Shown in pieces: positions 28,425 to 33,380 of a stretch of DNA of 33,380 nt. A program made the position numbers and the translations under genes. The notes beneath the pieces were generated by a model that made no database searches, had not been told where the DNA came from, and saw only the letters and a list, made by a program, of their open reading frames with translations. This stretch comes from Nitrospirota bacterium (GTDB lineage Bacteria; Nitrospirota; Thermodesulfovibrionia; Thermodesulfovibrionales; Dissulfurispiraceae), in contig JBFMCP010000036.1 in NCBI GenBank assembly GCA_040754455.1, positions 1 to 33,380 on the forward strand. The letters run 5' to 3'. Position 1 is the first letter of the stretch, and the number at the start of each line of letters is the position of its first letter.

Positions 28425-29383
28425 AGCCACTGATGGATCCTGTACCAGTCTGCTGTCCATCTTGCTCCTTCCTTGATCTTTACTTTCGGCTCAAACTGCA
28501 GCCGCGCTACTGCCTTCGACGTATCGCAAATCCAGTGGGAGTGCTGCATATCTTTAATCCTGTCGCTGCTGACGATGCTCAGCCCCTTGAGCCTCTCGGA
28601 AACAGCAGCAATGACCGGCATGACAAAACGGGGGATGCTTATTCTGACCGGCCTTTTCTGCAATGCTTCGGCAATGGCATCAACGATATCATCGCTGGTA
28701 TACACCATGCCGTCAGACATGAAGAAAACCTCCCCCCGCGCCTGGTCGCTCAATGCGGAACGTATTATACCATTAACAAGGTCGTCGATATAAAGAAAAG
28801 AATAGAAGCATTTCCCCCAATAGGGGACAACTCCCGACTTTACGAGCTTGAAAAAAACATACAGATCCCGGTCCCGTGGCCCGTACACCGCAGGGGGCCT
28901 GATGATCGTTACCGGCAGATCACCCCGATGTTTGTAGACAATCTGCTCCCCCTCGAGCTTCGTCTTTCCGTAAAGAGAAACCGGCCTTGTTTCACAATCC
29001 TCTTTAAGGGGGAGGCCGCTGCTGCTCGGCCCTGCTGCAGCGAGGCTGCTCAGGTGCACAAAACGTTTAATCGCAGGGTTGACCTTGAGCGTGACCCTCA
29101 CGATATTTTCGGTGCCTTTGACATTGACGCTGAAGAAATCTTCTGCACAGCGGGCCTTCGTCAGCCCCGCGAGATGAAAGATATAGTCGCACCCCTCAAC
29201 TGCTTCGGCAAGCGATGAGACCTCGGTGCAATCGCCCCGAACGGTCCGGACCGGCAAGCCCTCGAGATAGGTTACCCTCGTGATGTCTCTTACCAAACAG
29301 ACCACCTCGAAGCCCTCACGCACGAGCGTTTCGACAAGATGGCTTCCGATAAAGCCTGTTGCACCGGTGACCAACGCCTTCAT
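28421..29383 (-). CDS. NAD-dependent epimerase/dehydratase-family SDR, candidate ceramide/3-keto-sphingoid reductase
   Basis: [26 protein letters not shown]; translationally coupled to spt. Confidence 0.8.
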   Translation of the reverse strand: MKALVTGATGFIGSHLVETLVREGFEVVCLVRDITRVTYLEGLPVRTVRGDCTEVSSLAEAVEGCDYIFHLAGLTKARCAEDFFSVNVKGTENIVRVTLKVNPAIKRFVHLSSLAAAGPSSSGLPLKEDCETRPVSLYGKTKLEGEQIVYKHRGDLPVTIIRPPAVYGPRDRDLYVFFKLVKSGVVPYWGKCFYSFLYIDDLVNGIIRSALSDQARGEVFFMSDGMVYTSDDIVDAIAEALQKRPVRISIPRFVMPVIAAVSERLKGLSIVSSDRIKDMQHSHWICDTSKAVARLQFEPKVKIKEGARWTADWYRIHQWL

Positions 29384-29420
29384 AATTCTGAAGTATTGTA
29401 AGTAAGTACCGTCGGTTTTT

Positions 29421-30755
29421 TCAAGAAAATGGTGCTCTTCTCACCTTGACCTTCAGCCCTTTCACCGCTTCGACGACAATGCGCTCGCCTTTCGGGATGG
29501 GCTCATCGGCATACGCGGACCAAAACTCGCCATGCACAAAGACCATACCGCCCCCGGGTGTCACCTCGGTCTTTGCACTGCCTTCGAGCCCGACCAGCCC
29601 TTCTGCGCCGGTCGTCGGCCTGCTCCTGAACGCCCGGTACGCAAGCCTGAAGGTCATGATAAAGAAAAGCGCCGTCACTGCTGCTGCAGGAAGAATAACA
29701 GATAAGGAGAGCTTGAAAAACGGGAGGGGGGACTCAAAGAGCATGAGAGAGCCGAGGACAAGTGAGAGCAGTCCCCCGACCGTCAACATGCCGTAAGAGG
29801 TAACCGTAACCTCAAGGATGAAGAGAATAATACCGATGATGATGAGCAGGAGCCCCGCGTAATTCACCGGCAATGTCTGAAAGGCGTAAAAACCGAGCAC
29901 CAGGCAGATACCGCCGATCACTCCCGGGAAAATCGCTCCGGGATTGGTCAGCTCGAAAAAGAGACCGTAAAAACCGAGGAGCATGAGAATATAGGCCACG
30001 TTGGGATTGCTGATGAGGTCGAGGACCTTCTGCCGCAGGTTCATCTCATGCGCGACGATCTTCGCACCGGCTGTTCTTAGCACACGTTCGCCGGCGGCAG
30101 TTACTATCTTTTTTCCATCAATCCTGGTGAGGAGATCGTCCATATCCTTTACCACTGCATTGATCACCGTTTTGTTCAGCGCTTCCGTCTCGGTGATCGA
30201 GACGCTCTTCCGCACCGCCTCTTCAGCCCATTCGGCATTTCTCCCGCGCTGCTGCGCAATCGACCGTATATATGCCGCTGCATCATTCGTCGCTTTTTCG
30301 GCCGTGACCTTGTCCATCTTCTCTCCCACGGCAACCGGATGGGCTGCCCCGATATTCGTCCCCGGTGCCATGGCAGCAAAGTGTGAGGCCATGGTAATGA
30401 AAACCCCCGCAGAGGCAGCGCGCGCCCCGCTCGGTGCGACGAATACGATCACCGGAAGAGGAGCGGCACTAATATCCCTGACAATACTTCGCATCGAGGT
30501 ATCGAGCCCTCCGGGAGTATCAAGCTGGATCACCAATGCCTCTGCGCGCATTTCGGAAGCCTTTTTGATCGAGCTCCCGATATACTCTGCTGCAACGGGA
30601 TTAATGATTCCCCCGACGGTGCTTACCAGCACCGTCCTCTGGTCAGGTGTTTTTTCCGGGAGGTCCTTCCGGGAGAAGCTGTCCGCAGTTACAAGGAGCG
30701 ATGGCCCCAGCAAGAGAGGGATGATAAGAAAGAAAGAGAAACACATCTTTTTCAT
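29421..30755 (-). CDS. nfeD: NfeD family membrane-bound ClpP-class serine protease (long form)
   Basis: Signal peptide, LDTPGG, AASAG, GTNIGAAHPV, multi-TM region, C-terminal OB fold VFVHGEFWSA. Start set at ATG 30755. Confidence 0.9.
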   Translation of the reverse strand: MKKMCFSFFLIIPLLLGPSLLVTADSFSRKDLPEKTPDQRTVLVSTVGGIINPVAAEYIGSSIKKASEMRAEALVIQLDTPGGLDTSMRSIVRDISAAPLPVIVFVAPSGARAASAGVFITMASHFAAMAPGTNIGAAHPVAVGEKMDKVTAEKATNDAAAYIRSIAQQRGRNAEWAEEAVRKSVSITETEALNKTVINAVVKDMDDLLTRIDGKKIVTAAGERVLRTAGAKIVAHEMNLRQKVLDLISNPNVAYILMLLGFYGLFFELTNPGAIFPGVIGGICLVLGFYAFQTLPVNYAGLLLIIIGIILFILEVTVTSYGMLTVGGLLSLVLGSLMLFESPLPFFKLSLSVILPAAAVTALFFIMTFRLAYRAFRSRPTTGAEGLVGLEGSAKTEVTPGGGMVFVHGEFWSAYADEPIPKGERIVVEAVKGLKVKVRRAPFS

Positions 30756-30761
30756 AGTGAA

Positions 30762-30820
30762 ATTATACCACAGCATGTTTCCACAAATTGATTGACACCT
30801 CCTGCTCTTCTTGGTATATT
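30762..30820. promoter_or_regulatory. Back-to-back sigma70 promoters for nfeD (-) and glgC (+)
   Basis: Plus: TTGACA (30792-30797)-17 nt-TATATT (30815-30820) with TGn. Minus: TGTGG-TATAAT (30767-30762). Confidence 0.75.
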
Positions 30821-30826
30821 CTATTG

Positions 30827-32083
30827 ATGAAAAAACAGGAAGACGGCTCGTCCATTAAAGACGTCCTCGCCATTATTCTCGCCGGAGGCAAAGGCGAGCG
30901 GCTCCATCCCCTCACCATGCACCGGGCAAAGCCCGCTGTTCCCTTCGGCGGAAAGTACCGCATCATCGATTTCACCCTCAGCAACTGCATTAACTCCAAC
31001 ATCAGGAAGATAGGGGTCATGACCCAATATAAATCCCTCTCCCTCGAGCGCCACATTGCGCTCGGCTGGGAGCATTTGCTGAGCACGGAGCTCGGCGAAT
31101 TTATCATTAACGTCCCGCCACAGCAGCGGGTCGACGAGCGGTGGTATGAGGGGACTGCCGATGCGGTCTATCAGAATATCTATTTTATTGAGAAGGAGGC
31201 ACCTCCCTATCTGCTTATCCTCTCCGGCGACCATATCTACAAGATGGATTATTCCGAAATGTTCGCCTTCCATAAGAAAAAAAAAGCTATCGGCACTATC
31301 GCCGCCATCGAGGTGGACAAGAAGCTCGCTTCGGCCTTCGGCATCATGGAGGTCGATGAAGAGGGGCGTATCATCGGCTTCGAAGAAAAGCCCGAAAACC
31401 CGAAGACGATTCCCGGCAACCCCGGTCAGTGCCTTGCCTCCATGGGTGTCTATCTGTTCAATACCGAGGTGATGATCGAGGAGCTCAAGATGGATGCGGC
31501 GCGGTCGTCCGCCCACGATTTCGGCAAGAATATCATTCCGGATATGATCACCACCGGAAAACTCTTCGCCTACAACTTCAGGGATGAAAACAAGAAGGAG
31601 GCGAAATACTGGAGAGACGTAGGCACGGTCGACGCATACTGGGAGGCGAATATGGACCTCGTGGCCGTCGACCCCCAGCTCAATCTCTATGATGAGGCAT
31701 GGCCCATACGGACGAGAAAGCGCCACAACCCTCCTGCAAAATTCGTCTTCGCCCAGGAGTACGAGGGCGGAAGGCTCGGCATCTCACTCGACTCCATTGT
31801 CTGCGACGGCTGCATCATCAGTGGCGGCAGGGTACAGAACTCCGTGCTCTCCCCGCGCGTCAGGGTCAACAGCTGGGCGACGGTCGAGGAGTCGATCCTC
31901 ATGGAGAATGTGGAGATCGGCAGACATGCGAAGATACGGCGCGCCATCATCGACAAAGATGTGTATATCCCTTCGGGCACGGTCATCGGCTACGACCCCG
32001 AAGAGGACCGGAAGCGGTTCTATGTAAGCCCCGGCGGCATCGTCGTCATCCCGAAAGTGGTCAAGTCATCGCTTACGGAATAA
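30827..32083 (+). CDS. glgC: Glucose-1-phosphate adenylyltransferase
   Basis: [53 protein letters not shown]. Confidence 0.96.
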   Translation: MKKQEDGSSIKDVLAIILAGGKGERLHPLTMHRAKPAVPFGGKYRIIDFTLSNCINSNIRKIGVMTQYKSLSLERHIALGWEHLLSTELGEFIINVPPQQRVDERWYEGTADAVYQNIYFIEKEAPPYLLILSGDHIYKMDYSEMFAFHKKKKAIGTIAAIEVDKKLASAFGIMEVDEEGRIIGFEEKPENPKTIPGNPGQCLASMGVYLFNTEVMIEELKMDAARSSAHDFGKNIIPDMITTGKLFAYNFRDENKKEAKYWRDVGTVDAYWEANMDLVAVDPQLNLYDEAWPIRTRKRHNPPAKFVFAQEYEGGRLGISLDSIVCDGCIISGGRVQNSVLSPRVRVNSWATVEESILMENVEIGRHAKIRRAIIDKDVYIPSGTVIGYDPEEDRKRFYVSPGGIVVIPKVVKSSLTE

Positions 32084-32154
32084 AGACGATTTACGATTCC
32101 GATTTTCAATTCCGAGTATTGTTAAACAGGTCCTCTTTATTATTATGCATCGTC

Positions 32155-33000
32155 TTATTCGACGATCATGTTATCGATAAGGCGGGTGCTGCCGATCTTT
32201 ATGGCAATAGCGAGGAGATTGCGTTTTTTATATTCAATGAGATCATCAAGCGTTTCGGGATCATAAACGCCTGCATACTGTATCTCAGCGACGAGCGGTT
32301 CTGTTTTCAGCAAAGCATGCATATGGCTCCTGACCTCCTCAGGCCTGGAAGCGCCTGACTTTACCATCTTCGATGCCTCAGTAAGCGTCTTGTAGATGAT
32401 CAGGGCCGCCTTCCGCTCGGGAGCGGTGAGATACATGTTCCTCGAGCTCATGGCAAGGCCGTCGCTCTCCCTCACTGTCTGGCCGATCACCAGCTCAATG
32501 TCCATGTTGAGGTCTTCGATGAGCCTCTTGATGACAACGGTCTGCTGAAAGTCCTTCTGTCCGAAGTATGTCCGTGTCGGTTTTACGATATTGAATATCT
32601 TTGCGACAACAGTAGCCACGCCGGCAAAGTGGCCCGGGCGAAAAGCACCGCAGAGCTTCTCCGAAAGGCCCTGCACCGTAATCCGGGTCGCGTACCCCTC
32701 AGGGTACATCCCCTTCAGTTCCGGAACCAGGAGGATGTCAGCTCCCTCATGCTGCAGCAGTTCCTTGTCCCTCTCGATATCCCGCGGATACCGGTCGAAG
32801 TCCTCATTCGGTCCGAACTGAAGGGGGTTGACGAAGACGCTGACGACAACGATATCGTTTTCGGACCTCGCCCTCCTGACCAGGCTCATATGTCCTTTGT
32901 GGAGCGCCCCCATCGTGGGGACGAGGCCTATGGTTTTCCCTTTACAAAGAGCGGCTTTCGCAGTTGCCTGCATGATACGAGGAATACGTATGGTTTCCAT
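32155..33000 (-). CDS. panC: Pantoate-beta-alanine ligase
   Basis: VPTMGALHKGH, FVNPLQF, RPGHFAGV, FGQKDFQQ, GLAMSSRN, RLIDN. Confidence 0.96.
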   Translation of the reverse strand: METIRIPRIMQATAKAALCKGKTIGLVPTMGALHKGHMSLVRRARSENDIVVVSVFVNPLQFGPNEDFDRYPRDIERDKELLQHEGADILLVPELKGMYPEGYATRITVQGLSEKLCGAFRPGHFAGVATVVAKIFNIVKPTRTYFGQKDFQQTVVIKRLIEDLNMDIELVIGQTVRESDGLAMSSRNMYLTAPERKAALIIYKTLTEASKMVKSGASRPEEVRSHMHALLKTEPLVAEIQYAGVYDPETLDDLIEYKKRNLLAIAIKIGSTRLIDNMIVE

Positions 33001-33101
33001 CACTATACTCTATATAGAATAACGATCACAGGTCAAGAACTATTAAAAAATCTCGATAAATATAATGACTAGTCAGTATAAATTAAAAGTTTCGAAATCT
33101 C

Positions 33102-33130
33102 TTGACAATGTACCTTTTATCAGGTAGAAT
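33102..33130 (+). promoter_or_regulatory. Strong sigma70 promoter
   Basis: TTGACA-17 nt-TAGAAT. Confidence 0.75.
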
Positions 33131-33322
33131 TTCATACAGGAGTTTTAAATGCATTTCACAGCTTTCTCGTTCATGCACCGCCGCCTTTTTCATGGCGCAG
33201 CGCCCTTCCCGCAGGCTGGCCTTCGGGTTAAGCAGCCACTCTCTCATTGTTATCCTTATAATCTTGCATTTTGCAACGCATCGATTACAGCAACGCGTTC
33301 TCTTCAGAGAATCTATAGATGA

Positions 33323-33339
33323 TTGTTACCATGTAACAA
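33323..33339. promoter_or_regulatory. Palindromic candidate operator
   Basis: Perfect IR TTGTTAC-CAT-GTAACAA, immediately before TAAAAT (33342-33347) and the SD of the next gene. Confidence 0.55.
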
Positions 33340-33368
33340 CGTAAAATCTTTATATCAAGGAGGTTGTG

Positions 33369-33380
33369 GTGAGTATTCGG
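33369..33380 (+). CDS. Start of an unidentified gene running off the window (M-S-I-R)
   Basis: Perfect SD AAGGAGG (33357-33363) then GTG AGT ATT CGG; alternative in-frame GTG at 33366. Confidence 0.55.

Noticed and set aside
27234..28460. Calling the AOS enzyme bioF or kbl, and using the 28460 start
   Set aside because: The GSRFLNGT motif and SDR/GNAT neighbours favour Spt, and no bio or tdh genes are nearby. ATG 28424 gives a clean ATGA coupling.
33369..33380. Naming the final gene (MSIR could begin gap)
   Set aside because: Four codons are not enough to assign a product.

Overview
Bacterial chromosomal window. The gene content and style suggest an anaerobic Gram-negative, Nitrospirota/Desulfobacterota-like organism, but this is inference only. 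Left end: start of a type I-C cas operon on the minus strand (cas3, cas5c, first codons of cas8c); no array is visible. Next come cysK and a sigma54 enhancer-binding protein, divergent from a near-consensus sigma54 promoter that appears to drive an unannotated ~120-nt structured RNA with an exposed anti-Shine-Dalgarno bulge. Then a YtkA/FixH-cusCBA-type Cu/Ag efflux operon, signalling and envelope genes, and an XRE regulator. A thioredoxin-TPR protein is split by an in-frame UGA in a UxxC motif with a SECIS-like hairpin, so it is a probable selenoprotein that the ORF track truncates. The right half holds a PAS/GAF/GGDEF cyclase, TIGR02757, rnr, a rodZ-like gene, a fabF with an in-frame heptamer-repeat insertion, a candidate ceramide biosynthesis cluster (reductase-spt-bCerS) directly downstream of an nfeD lacking its stomatin partner, glgC and panC. 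Several genes appear to be leaderless. All calls come from motif reading by eye; no database searches were run.
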